DNA of 64,000 nucleotides, from IMG/VR virus record IMGVR_UViG_3300044811_000050. One strand, 5' to 3'. The stretch's first letter is position 1, and each line of letters opens with the position of its first letter. The stretch comes from a virus. Positions 50,033 to 58,927 of the stretch are shown here, piece by piece. The notes below the pieces were generated by a model that worked only from the letters and a program-made list of their open reading frames with translations, was not told the origin of the DNA and ran no database searches. Made by a program: the position numbers and the translations under genes.

Positions 50033-50592
50033 TCAGGAAGCCTCCCCACCCTTTGATCAACGAGGTCCGTGACGGAAAGATCATCTGCGTTCGCTGCGAG
50101 GAGTGGAAGCTACCGGAGGAGTTCTCCGCATCTCCCAGGATGAAGCGAGGATTGCACTCCTGGTGCACGAGCTGCCAGACGGGGTCTCAGCAGACCAGGG
50201 TGGCGGACCCGGTGGTGCGCGAGAACATCAACTCTCGTCGGCGGGAGACCTACGATGCTGAGATGCGCCGCGCCTACCGCGAGGAGCGCTACGAGACGAT
50301 CCGGCTGATCGAGCGTCGGTATCACCTGAAGAGCAAGTACGGGATGACGCCGGAAGAGTATGACTTGATGGTGGCTGAACAGGAGGGCCGCTGTCGTATC
50401 TGCAAAGACGAGGTCGACCTGCTTTACGTCGACCATTGTCACACCACCCTAGTTCGGCGTGGTGGGCTCTGCGACGGCTGCAACTTCGGCCTGGGGCACT
50501 TCAAGGACGATCCTGCTCGGCTGCGCGCGGCAGCCGATTACTTGGAGGAGTTCCAGTTGGCTCAGCGCATCAAGGATGTGCACACCGCGTAA
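50029..50592 (+). mobile_element. free-standing endonuclease VII-family (HNH) homing endonuclease gene
   Basis: CxxC..CxxC, LKSKYGMT.EEY..Q.GRC.IC..VDHCH..RGGLC..CN.GLG.F.DD; flanked by a duplicated LAQRIKDVHTA coding sequence. Confidence 0.85.
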
Positions 50593-50885
50593 CCCTTACC
50601 ATAGTGTCGAATCGTTATCTAAGAGGGGGCCCGCCTTGCCGGGGTGACCACCTCATGTAATCGTGACCTCTTAGAGCCGGGAATGTGCTCGCCCCACCTA
50701 CTGGGGTTTCGGACCTACGGCCAGGGAACCGGGTGTGCATGGTCTGAGGTGATTGACACCATTCCCCTCTGGCGACCCCGAGCCGTCCTGTTGACGCCGG
50801 TCGCTCACGGTTCTCTCCGCTCCCCGTTGCGGATCCCCCGCTCGATCGTTGGACCTCCCATGCTCCCCCGCATCTTCGCTGGAGC

Positions 50886-51623
50886 GTGCGGGTGACCGCC
50901 GTTCCGGCCAGCGATCGGATCTCGGAACTCCGAGACCTGTTCCGGTACCTGTCCGAGTTTCGGGCCTGCCACGAGCTGACCGGCCTGGAAGACATCACCA
51001 CCCCGTACGGCAACACCTGGTCGTTGTGGGACCTGGAGTACCTCTACCGGGCCGCCTGCGAGCGGCTCACCATGCGCCAGCAGCAGGCCATCACGCTGTG
51101 CCTGATCCACGGCATCAAGGAGTCCGACGCCGCCGAGCTGATGGGTGTCTCCCGGTCCAACCCGGTGATGATGTACGCCTCGCTGGGCATCCAGCGGCTG
51201 CTCGACATGATCGACTATGGCGAGCTGGACCGCTTCAACAAGCCCCGGCTGCGACCCGAGGACGCCAGTCGCCGCCGCGAGATAATGATCAAGGAACTGG
51301 CGCAGATCATCACGTCCAAGATCATTGAGATCAACGGCTGCTGGCTGTTCCCCAACCGGTTCTCCCGCCCGCCCAGGGTGCTGCTGCGCGCCCCGCAGAC
51401 CAGCACCGGCTACATCCTGGTCTCCCCGATGCAGATCCTCTGGCAGGACCAGATCGGTCCGGTACCCCCGGGCTGCCGGGTCGAGCACCAGATCGCCATC
51501 CCGGCGGTCTCCATCGCGTGCGTGAACCCCATCCACGGTGAGCTGATCATGTCTGCCCAGCGCAAGGCCTGGCTCCAGTCGCTCGCCAAGCAGTACATCC
51601 GATCAAGAGAGGTGTCGGCATGA
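50886..51623 (+). CDS. sigma-70 region 4-like regulator fused to a degenerate HNH domain
   Basis: LTMRQQQAITLCLIHGIKESDAAELMGVS (HTH) plus GCWLF..GPVPPG..EH..CVNPIH; true start may be GTG 50892. Confidence 0.7.
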   Translation: MRVTAVPASDRISELRDLFRYLSEFRACHELTGLEDITTPYGNTWSLWDLEYLYRAACERLTMRQQQAITLCLIHGIKESDAAELMGVSRSNPVMMYASLGIQRLLDMIDYGELDRFNKPRLRPEDASRRREIMIKELAQIITSKIIEINGCWLFPNRFSRPPRVLLRAPQTSTGYILVSPMQILWQDQIGPVPPGCRVEHQIAIPAVSIACVNPIHGELIMSAQRKAWLQSLAKQYIRSREVSA

Positions 51624-51949
51624 GCGAAGTGGTCCGCTGCGGCGTGCATCCCCATCTGGAGGCGGTGGCCAACGAACTGATCTTTGGCTCGCTGAAGGGG
51701 GTCACCAGTCAGAGCGCCAAGTCCGACGTGCTGACCCCCTGGAAAGAGCAGGACCGGCGCAGCCGGGAGGTGCAGTCCGTCACCGGCAGCGTGGACCCGG
51801 CGCTGCGGAGGGGGATGTATCACCGAGCGGCGAACACCGTGCAGACCCACCTCAACGCCCGCGACGGGGTGGCCGGGATGACCGGCGGCACCCATTCCGA
51901 GATGCGGGACGACTGGCCGGCCTGGGGCGGCCCGCTGGGCGCGGCATGA
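51620..51949 (+). CDS. hypothetical protein
   Basis: ATGA overlaps at both ends. Confidence 0.6.
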   Translation: MSEVVRCGVHPHLEAVANELIFGSLKGVTSQSAKSDVLTPWKEQDRRSREVQSVTGSVDPALRRGMYHRAANTVQTHLNARDGVAGMTGGTHSEMRDDWPAWGGPLGAA

Positions 51950-52665
51950 CCCGCAGACGGCCTCGTAACTCGGCGACGGTCAGCGAGTTCCGCCAGTCGA
52001 TGGTGCAGGTCCGGATCGGCAGCCGGACCTACGACGCGGTCTACCAGACGAACTGCCACACCTGCACGCACCCGGCCCGGATGTTGATCGAGGAGAAGAT
52101 CCTCCAGAACTTCTCCTTCCGGTCCATCGCCGAGCTGTACTCGCAAAAGACGATCGAGGGCGAGGGCGGCCGGCCGATCACCCTGCCCAAGATCGGCCAC
52201 ATGTCGATCTACAACCACTTCCACAACGGGCACATGCCGCTGGAGGCGGCCACTCTGCGCAAGATGGCCGAGCGCCGCGCCCGGCAGATCGGCCACCAGT
52301 ACGAGGAAGCGGTCGATCAGTTCGTCGACCACATGGTGCTGGCCGAGGCCACCATCGCCCGGGTCTACGACCGGATGGTCAAGGGTGAGATCGAGCCGGA
52401 GGTCCGCGACGGCCTGGCGGCGGCCAAGCTGATGGCCGACGTGGAGGCCGAGCAGTCCGCCGGGCTGGACTCGGAGGCCTGGAGCGAGGCCATGTCGGTC
52501 TACTTCGAGACCGCCCGCCACCACATGGACGAGCAGACCTGGACGCGATTCACCGCCGATCTTCAGGTCAACCCGATCCTGCGGGCGCTGGAGCGCCGCC
52601 TCAACCCGGGCATGACGGTCGACGGCGAAGTGGCCGAACCGCTGCCCCTCAAAGGAGCCTCATGA
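51946..52665 (+). CDS. putative terminase small subunit
   Basis: CHTC..H..H zinc/HTH region and helical C-terminus; upstream of TerL. Confidence 0.55.
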   Translation: MTRRRPRNSATVSEFRQSMVQVRIGSRTYDAVYQTNCHTCTHPARMLIEEKILQNFSFRSIAELYSQKTIEGEGGRPITLPKIGHMSIYNHFHNGHMPLEAATLRKMAERRARQIGHQYEEAVDQFVDHMVLAEATIARVYDRMVKGEIEPEVRDGLAAAKLMADVEAEQSAGLDSEAWSEAMSVYFETARHHMDEQTWTRFTADLQVNPILRALERRLNPGMTVDGEVAEPLPLKGAS

Positions 52666-53015
52666 GCATCGACCTTTACGATCATGACCTGATCGCCATC
52701 GACCGGGGCCCGGTGGCCTGGATGACCCGTCACCAGGGCAGTTCGATGAGCTTGGAGAACTTCCGCCGGGCCGCCGAAGAGCAGTTCGCCGAGGTCGGTT
52801 TCCGGGCCACCGTGAAGTGCTACGAGACGAACGAGTCCGGCACCTACGCGTTCGACATCGAGATCAACGGTCGGATCGAGCAGCACGCCTTCGACTTCGA
52901 CCGCCAGGTGCACGAGGTGACCAACGGGGTGCTGCTCGGTGAGGCCGCCGGCACCATCAAGACCTCCGAGGCGATGAAGAACGTCGACCTGAAGGGGCAC
53001 AAGTGCGGTGGGTGA
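52662..53015 (+). CDS. hypothetical protein
   Basis: AAGGAG RBS, ATGA overlap. Confidence 0.65.
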   Translation: MSIDLYDHDLIAIDRGPVAWMTRHQGSSMSLENFRRAAEEQFAEVGFRATVKCYETNESGTYAFDIEINGRIEQHAFDFDRQVHEVTNGVLLGEAAGTIKTSEAMKNVDLKGHKCGG

Positions 53016-53170
53016 TCCGCGCGGTCGGCGCCCTCTTGGCCGCCGCCGTCGGTTCCGTGCTGTTGGTCGCCGCCTTCTGCGCGGTCGCCCAGGGCCTCAG
53101 GCGGGTCCTGGACGACCATTGGCACCACTACGGGCTGGATGACCCCAGCGAGTGCCGCCGGGCCCCGTGA
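53012..53170 (+). CDS. small membrane protein (52 aa, not in ORF track)
   Basis: GTGA overlaps at both ends; MIRAVGALLAAAVGSVLLVAAFCAVAQGLRR... Confidence 0.5.
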   Translation: MIRAVGALLAAAVGSVLLVAAFCAVAQGLRRVLDDHWHHYGLDDPSECRRAP

Positions 53171-55170
53171 CGAGCGCTCAGCGCCCCGGACGGGCGGCCA
53201 AGACGATGCTGCGCCCCACCGACTATCGGTTGTGGGCGGGGCTCGACGTGCCCGATCCGATCACCTTCGTGGTCAGCCCGGGGTGGCTGGACCGCCCGCA
53301 GCTCTACCCCCGCCAGGCCACCCTGCTCAAGGTGATCTTCCTGCGGGAGGACCTGTTCACCGACTACGACTACCAGGTGGTGGCCGAGTGGGAGGACAAC
53401 TTCCGGCGGACCGGCAACAACGGGATCACTCCGGGGATCCTGGACCGGATGCGGCACCTGCGTGAGCACGGCTACAGCCACTTCCGCGAGGTGTTGCTGG
53501 TGATGGGTCGCCGCGCCGGCAAGGGCTACGTCTCCGCGCTGGCCATGGCCTACGTGCTGTGGCGCTACGTGAGCCGGAGTGATCCGCAGGGCTACTACGG
53601 GGTGGACCGGGACAAGCAGCTGGCCTGCTTCATCTATGCCGGCAAAAAAGAGCAGGCTAGGGAAAATCTCTGGAAGGACCTCGCCAACGTCATTCTGAGC
53701 GCGCCCTGTTTCACCGAATACGTGTCCCGGCCGATGGGGGAAACGCTCACCGTCTACGCCCCGAATGATTTCCTGCGGATGCGCAAGCGGGAACAACGCG
53801 GCATTGTCACCGCCGCCGATCAGGCCACCTTCACGATTCAACCGAAGGAAGCGACCCTGATGTCCGGCCGTGGCCCGGCCAGCTTCATGCAGGGCTACGA
53901 CGAGATGGCGCACCAGGTGAGTGCCGGCGGCGCGGCGCGCTCCGCCGAGGAGATCTACGGGGCGGCTACCCCGGCGCTGGACCAGTTCAAGAAGGACGCG
54001 TTCATCATCGAACCCAGCTCGCCCTGGCAGATGATCGGCCAGTTCTACACGAACTGGGAGAACAGCCTGGCTACCGACGCCGCCACCGGGCAGCCGATCT
54101 ACCCCGAGATGATGATGGTGCAGCTCACCAGCTGGGACATCTATCAGGACTGGCAGCAGGCCCATGAGCTGGACCTTTTACCCTCCGATTACCTGGGTGA
54201 CCTGAAGGAGTACCAGGACCAGCCGCACCCTCAGATGATCCGGCTGAAGGGTGCCATCCAGGACTACGACGACGGGATGCGCCGGCTGGAGCGGGCCAAC
54301 CCGGAGACCTTCTCGGTCGAGCGGCTGAGCCATTGGCAGGCCACCATCGACGCCTACCTGGACCCCAAGAAGATCGACGCCGTCTTCGGGCCCTACCGGG
54401 ACGAGGCCCTCCAGATGAACCGCAGCGGGGTGCTGTCCGTGTTCTACAAGGGACACGCGGACCCCAGCTTGGCCAACGCCAACTTCGGGGTGGCCATCGC
54501 GCACCCCGAGGTCGACGACGAGGGCTTCACCCATTGCGTGTTCGACTACATCTCGCATTGGAGCCCCACCGACTTCGACGACAACACAATCGACTACGTC
54601 CAGATCGAGCAGGAGCTGTGGGAGCTGGTCCAGGACTTCAAGACCGACGAGTTCACCTTCGACCAATGGAACTCGGCCAGCGTCATTGCCCAGCTCAAGA
54701 AACGGGTCTACGAGGCCAAGTTCCCGAAGCGGGTGCAGATCTACGAGCAGACCGCCACGGTGTCGCACAACTGGAAGCGCGCGGAGAACTTCAAGATCTC
54801 CATCAACCAGGGCTGGGTGCACGCCCCGTTCTACGAGCTGGCCGCCATGGAGCTGCGGTTCCTCCAGCTCAAGAACGGCAAGGTGGAGAAGCAGGAGACC
54901 GGTCCGGTGACCACCAAGGACGTCGCGGACTGCATGTTCGAGTGCGTCTGGAAGATCCTCGGCGACCAGGTCGGCGCGTTCATTGGCGGCAAGCTCAACC
55001 AGCTCCCGCTGGGCGCCAACGCGCAGGGCGGATTCAACCCGTATACCCGCGAGATGGAGCGCCCCGAAGTGATGAACCAGCTCGGTGGCCTGCACCGGCG
55101 GGACTTCATGGCCCGGGGCGGCCGGATGAACCCGGCCCGGTCGGCAAGCCGAGGTGGGCGCCGTCGTTGA
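53167..55170 (+). CDS. terL: terminase large subunit
   Basis: LYPRQ, GRRAGKG (Walker A), YDEMAH (Walker B), SSP, nuclease HADPS, FDQWNS and KDVAD motifs. Confidence 0.9.
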   Translation: MTSAQRPGRAAKTMLRPTDYRLWAGLDVPDPITFVVSPGWLDRPQLYPRQATLLKVIFLREDLFTDYDYQVVAEWEDNFRRTGNNGITPGILDRMRHLREHGYSHFREVLLVMGRRAGKGYVSALAMAYVLWRYVSRSDPQGYYGVDRDKQLACFIYAGKKEQARENLWKDLANVILSAPCFTEYVSRPMGETLTVYAPNDFLRMRKREQRGIVTAADQATFTIQPKEATLMSGRGPASFMQGYDEMAHQVSAGGAARSAEEIYGAATPALDQFKKDAFIIEPSSPWQMIGQFYTNWENSLATDAATGQPIYPEMMMVQLTSWDIYQDWQQAHELDLLPSDYLGDLKEYQDQPHPQMIRLKGAIQDYDDGMRRLERANPETFSVERLSHWQATIDAYLDPKKIDAVFGPYRDEALQMNRSGVLSVFYKGHADPSLANANFGVAIAHPEVDDEGFTHCVFDYISHWSPTDFDDNTIDYVQIEQELWELVQDFKTDEFTFDQWNSASVIAQLKKRVYEAKFPKRVQIYEQTATVSHNWKRAENFKISINQGWVHAPFYELAAMELRFLQLKNGKVEKQETGPVTTKDVADCMFECVWKILGDQVGAFIGGKLNQLPLGANAQGGFNPYTREMERPEVMNQLGGLHRRDFMARGGRMNPARSASRGGRRR

Positions 55171-55386
55171 GATCACCAATCTCTAGACGGTTCCTCCTGA
55201 CAAACGATATCCTCGCGGTGCCCCACATGGGCTTTGCGGTCACCTTTGGCGGGGTGACCGCGCGAAAGCACCGGACGGCTCGGGTTTGTGGTGATCCCCG
55301 AGTCTCCGGTGCTCAAACCCTTCGTGCTTTGCCCTTCGGGCCTTACCGTGAGCTGTCGATTAGACATCAGCTGAGGGGATTACCGC

Positions 55387-55920
55387 GTGGACGCGGACGA
55401 GATCGAAGTGGGTAAGAGCTACGCCTATGTGGCCCAGGGTCATCAATCCGGCCCGCATCACCCGGTACGGGCGGTGGTCACCGCCGAGCCCGAGGGCGGC
55501 TACGCCGAGGTCACCCTCTACTTTCCTGACACCGGTCAGGACGGCGGCCGGGTGAAGACCCGCGAGCTGGTCGGTGAATGGGATGCCGAGCCGGTCAACC
55601 AGCAGTACGCCGCCGCCCGGCAGGCCGCCCACGACCGGGGCGAGACGCTCACCTGGGAGCACATCGCCGAGCGGCGCTACGCCGAGGTCGCCCGGCAACG
55701 GGCGCTGGCCTCACGCCTGTTGCGGTTCGGAATCCAGCGCGAGGCTCGGCCCTACGCCGGGCGCGGCGGCAGCTCCACCAAGCCCCACGACGTGGATCTC
55801 CAGCTCAACTACGACGAGATCGAAAAGCTGCTTGACGCCGCCGAACGCGGGCCCGGCACACCGGCCCCTTTCGCCGGGGCATTCACCCCGCCAGAAACGG
55901 TTGACGTAAACGCTGGGTGA
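55387..55920 (+). CDS. hypothetical protein
   Basis: GAGGGG RBS, GC3 bias. Confidence 0.6.
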   Translation: MDADEIEVGKSYAYVAQGHQSGPHHPVRAVVTAEPEGGYAEVTLYFPDTGQDGGRVKTRELVGEWDAEPVNQQYAAARQAAHDRGETLTWEHIAERRYAEVARQRALASRLLRFGIQREARPYAGRGGSSTKPHDVDLQLNYDEIEKLLDAAERGPGTPAPFAGAFTPPETVDVNAG

Positions 55921-55966
55921 TCGCCAGTAGACCCCGTAAACTAGGTTCTGTAAGGCACCACCAGGA

Positions 55967-55978
55967 CCGAACCGGAGG
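55967..55978 (+). promoter_or_regulatory. start-associated repeat CCGAACCGGAGG (also 61796-61807 and 63888-63899)
   Basis: Identical 12-mer containing the RBS ahead of three accessory genes. Confidence 0.6.
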
Positions 55979-55985
55979 TCTTCCG

Positions 55986-56480
55986 ATGACCCGCTACGAC
56001 GCGCAGAACCAGCCAGCCGATCTGTTCGACAGGTACGGCCTGTACGCCCGCTACGACGCGTCCAGCCAGACGTACGACCGGGACCGCGCTCGGAGTCGTC
56101 CCGTGCGCCAGGCCCGCCGGACCCAGCGCGCCGCCACCCCGAAGGGTTCGATCGTGGGGCGCCGGCTGTGGATCGTCGGCCTGCTGGAGCTGCTCTACAT
56201 CATCTTCTTCATCCTGGCGCCGGCCATGCAGGGTGCCGAGATGGCGGACGGCGCCACCGGCGGGGTCCTGGGCTTCCTGTTCTTCACCGCACTCGGCACC
56301 TTCGCCACCAGCTTCCTGGTGTGGTTCGCCCGCAGGGACGACGAATCGGGCGGCGTGTGGTCCCGCAACGCCCACACGGCGTTCCGGCTGGGCCTGCCGA
56401 TCATCGGCACCACCTACCTCGCCTACAAGGGCAGCGTGGGTGTCGCCCGGCACCTGCACCGCGTAATCACCAAGGACTGA
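55986..56480 (+). CDS. membrane protein (about 3 TM)
   Basis: Three hydrophobic segments; GGAGG RBS. Confidence 0.65.
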   Translation: MTRYDAQNQPADLFDRYGLYARYDASSQTYDRDRARSRPVRQARRTQRAATPKGSIVGRRLWIVGLLELLYIIFFILAPAMQGAEMADGATGGVLGFLFFTALGTFATSFLVWFARRDDESGGVWSRNAHTAFRLGLPIIGTTYLAYKGSVGVARHLHRVITKD

Positions 56481-56484
56481 CGTG

Positions 56485-56525
56485 CCTGCCATCTCCGCCG
56501 TGAGCCCGCCTCAAGAGGTGAGGGG
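56485..56525 (+). promoter_or_regulatory. conserved putative late promoter, copy 3
   Basis: CCTGC at 56485 and AAGAGGTGAGGGG at 56513. Confidence 0.6.
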
Positions 56526-56548
56526 CGACTCACGGCGGGAGGCTGTTT

Positions 56549-57337
56549 ATGCCCAACGCGGTCGACGTGTTGGCGGGTGGTGGCATCGCTCGTGCGGCCG
56601 AAGTGATCGAGCTGGCCGGGGCGGCCAAGCTGGAGCTGGCCTGCGCGGTGGTGCTGCTGCTGAAGGAGAGCGGCGGCGGGGCGAACCTGTTCGGCCACGA
56701 CGGGGTGCCCGACGGTGGTCAGTACGTCAAGGGCGGCCCGGTGGATCAGGCCAGCTACGCCCGGTACAAGGCGTGGCGCCAAGCCGGCTCCGGCCGGATG
56801 CAGGGCGTCGGACCCTGCCAGCTGACCTACTACACCATCCAGGACCAAGCCGACGCCCGTGGCGGCTGCTGGGACTGGCGGGTGAACTGCGCGGTCGGCT
56901 TCGACCTGCTGGCCACCCAGATCCGGACCAAGGGCGTGCAGGACGGCTTCCGGGCCTACAACGGCGCGGGGCCGGCGGCCGAGGCCTACGGCCGGGACGC
57001 GATGGCCCGGCTCGGGATCTGGCGACCCCTGCTTTCCGGGGTCTCCACGACGGTCTTGGTCTCCAACGTCACCCCGGCCTCCAGCGGCGCGGACAGCTTG
57101 CCGGACCTGGCCTACGGGTTGATGAACAACCCGGGCGTGGCCAGCCTCCAGCGCTTCCTCAACGCCTACAACTGGCGTCCCGCGCTGCCGCTGCTGCCGG
57201 CGACCGGGAACTACCTGGATCAGACGGTCAACGTGCTCCGGCAAGCGCAGGCCCAGATGGGCGTGCGGGGAGGCGACGGCCGCAACGTGGGACCGGCGAC
57301 CAAGGCCGCGCTGTGGCGGCGCGGCTGGAGAGGCTAA
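56549..57337 (+). CDS. endolysin (lysozyme-like catalytic domain + peptidoglycan-binding domain)
   Basis: KESGG, GVGPCQLT and AYNG in the N-terminal half; VASLQRFLN..TG.Y..T..Q..DG.VGPAT PG-binding pattern at the C-terminus. Confidence 0.8.
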   Translation: MPNAVDVLAGGGIARAAEVIELAGAAKLELACAVVLLLKESGGGANLFGHDGVPDGGQYVKGGPVDQASYARYKAWRQAGSGRMQGVGPCQLTYYTIQDQADARGGCWDWRVNCAVGFDLLATQIRTKGVQDGFRAYNGAGPAAEAYGRDAMARLGIWRPLLSGVSTTVLVSNVTPASSGADSLPDLAYGLMNNPGVASLQRFLNAYNWRPALPLLPATGNYLDQTVNVLRQAQAQMGVRGGDGRNVGPATKAALWRRGWRG

Positions 57338-57346
57338 GGAGAGACC

Positions 57347-57502
57347 ATGATCGTGTTCGGAGTGATCTTGCTATTGATCGGCTGGCTGACCGGGATCGGC
57401 ATCCTCTACACCGTGGGGGCGATCCTGCTGGTGGTCGGCCTGGTTCTGCTGCTGCTCGGCTCGGTGGGCCGGGGCATTGGCGGGCGGCGCTGGTACTACT
57501 GA
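57347..57502 (+). CDS. small 2-TM membrane protein (DUF6131-like; not in ORF track)
   Basis: AAGGAG RBS; MIVFGVILLLIGWLTGIGILYTVGAILLVVGLVLLLLGSVGRGIGGRRWYY. Confidence 0.7.
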   Translation: MIVFGVILLLIGWLTGIGILYTVGAILLVVGLVLLLLGSVGRGIGGRRWYY

Positions 57503-58161
57503 TGAAGCTCCGCGCGTGTCTGCCCGCTGTGGCGCTGACCGTCCTGCTGGCCGCGTGCGGCTCAGCTCCGGTGGTGTCGACTCCAGCGCCAGCGCAGGGA
57601 TTCAGCGCGCCAGCATCAACGACCGGGTTCGGCACGGCGGTGCCGCCGATCACTCCTGCGGTGATCGTGCTGCCGGCGTCGATCCACGTCACCGGCACGT
57701 ACCCGAAGACCTGCCATGCGATCAACCTGGGTGGCGGCGCGCTGGGTCCGGACCCGAGGTGCACCCCGGGCGCGGCCACGGCGGCGGTCACCCAGGCCAA
57801 CATCAAGACGACGATCTGCAACCCGAGTTGGCGGACCGGCTCGATCCGGGCCCCGCAGTCGGAGACCGGCCGGGTCAAGAAGCTGGCCATGATCGCCTAC
57901 GGCCTGCCCGCCAGCTCGATCGGCACCACCGAGCTGGACCACCTGGACTCGCTGGCGTTGGGCGGGTCCAACGACGTGCGCAACCTCTGGCCCGAGCCCA
58001 GCGACATCCCCGGCGCCGGGTTCCGCAACCGCAAGGACGACGTGGAGAGCAAGTTGCACGCGGCGGTCTGCCGCGCGCTGCGGCCGGTCCTACTGGCCGA
58101 CGCGCGTGCCGCGCTGGCCGCGAACTGGACCACGGCGCTGACCCGGTTCGGCCTGAAGTGA
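57502..58161 (+). CDS. lipoprotein with HNH nuclease-like domain
   Basis: TGATG coupling; lipobox LLAAC; ELDHLDSLALGGSNDVRNLWPE..N.KD. Confidence 0.75.
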   Translation: MKLRACLPAVALTVLLAACGSAPVVSTPAPAQGFSAPASTTGFGTAVPPITPAVIVLPASIHVTGTYPKTCHAINLGGGALGPDPRCTPGAATAAVTQANIKTTICNPSWRTGSIRAPQSETGRVKKLAMIAYGLPASSIGTTELDHLDSLALGGSNDVRNLWPEPSDIPGAGFRNRKDDVESKLHAAVCRALRPVLLADARAALAANWTTALTRFGLK

Positions 58162-58177
58162 TCGAAGGGATACGGGA

Positions 58178-58927
58178 GTGAGACACCTCAGCCAGAGCTG
58201 GCGGATGGCACGGGTCGGAGCCACCGGCGCGCGGTTCCAGCACTTTTTCCTGCCCGAGGACCCGGACGAGGCCCATCGCGCGTTGGTACACCTGACCCGC
58301 ACCGCGCACCGACGCGTGGCCGCCGGCAGCTACGAGCACGGCCGGCTGCACGACCTGGTGGCCAACGAGGGGTTCAGCCACCACCCGCTGCACGGCGCCG
58401 CGCCCAGCACCGGCTACATGGCCGCCTACGACGCCCCGGAGGGCTCCGGGCAGGCCGTGACACACCACATCAGCCAGATCACCCCGGAGCACATCGCGGC
58501 GCACCGAGCGGCCATCTCCGAGCACCTCGATAAGGGGGCTTATCAGGGCGGATGGCACGACACCGCCGACGGGAATGTCTACCTGGACGCCTCGCACCAC
58601 TTCGACGACAAGCATTCGGCGCTGAACTTCGCCGGGCACCAGCAGCAGAAGGCGATCTTCAACCTGCATGACTTCTCCGAGCACTTCCTGAACCCCCGGC
58701 AGGACCCGCTGGCGATGAAGGACCACGAGGCGTGGAAGGCCCGTTACGCCGACACCGGCACCGAGCCGCACCCGGCGTTCCACAGCTACGCGCACCGCTA
58801 CCCGAACACCCCCGAGCAGGACGAACATTGGAACCTGCACAGCAAGGGCGCGATGGCCGGCCGCCCGGTCGGGCAGTTCCGCTCCGCGCGCTACGTGGAA
58901 GATCAGCTCCGTAGGCGGCGGTCATGA
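58178..58927 (+). CDS. His-rich hypothetical protein
   Basis: GGGAG RBS; GGW..VYLDAS..Q.AIFNL domain. Confidence 0.7.
   Translation: MRHLSQSWRMARVGATGARFQHFFLPEDPDEAHRALVHLTRTAHRRVAAGSYEHGRLHDLVANEGFSHHPLHGAAPSTGYMAAYDAPEGSGQAVTHHISQITPEHIAAHRAAISEHLDKGAYQGGWHDTADGNVYLDASHHFDDKHSALNFAGHQQQKAIFNLHDFSEHFLNPRQDPLAMKDHEAWKARYADTGTEPHPAFHSYAHRYPNTPEQDEHWNLHSKGAMAGRPVGQFRSARYVEDQLRRRRS

Noticed and set aside
42351-55170. Inteins or introns in dnaE, recA or terL
   Set aside because: No C/S...HN-C/S/T splice junctions or LAGLIDADG motifs; core motifs are contiguous
56482-58161. Track ORFs with long N-terminal extensions (56482, 20387, 38661, 46525, 49774, 62929)
   Set aside because: Extensions overlap upstream genes in another frame; starts reassigned to coupled ATGs at 57502, 20648, 39138, 47176, 50029 and 63100
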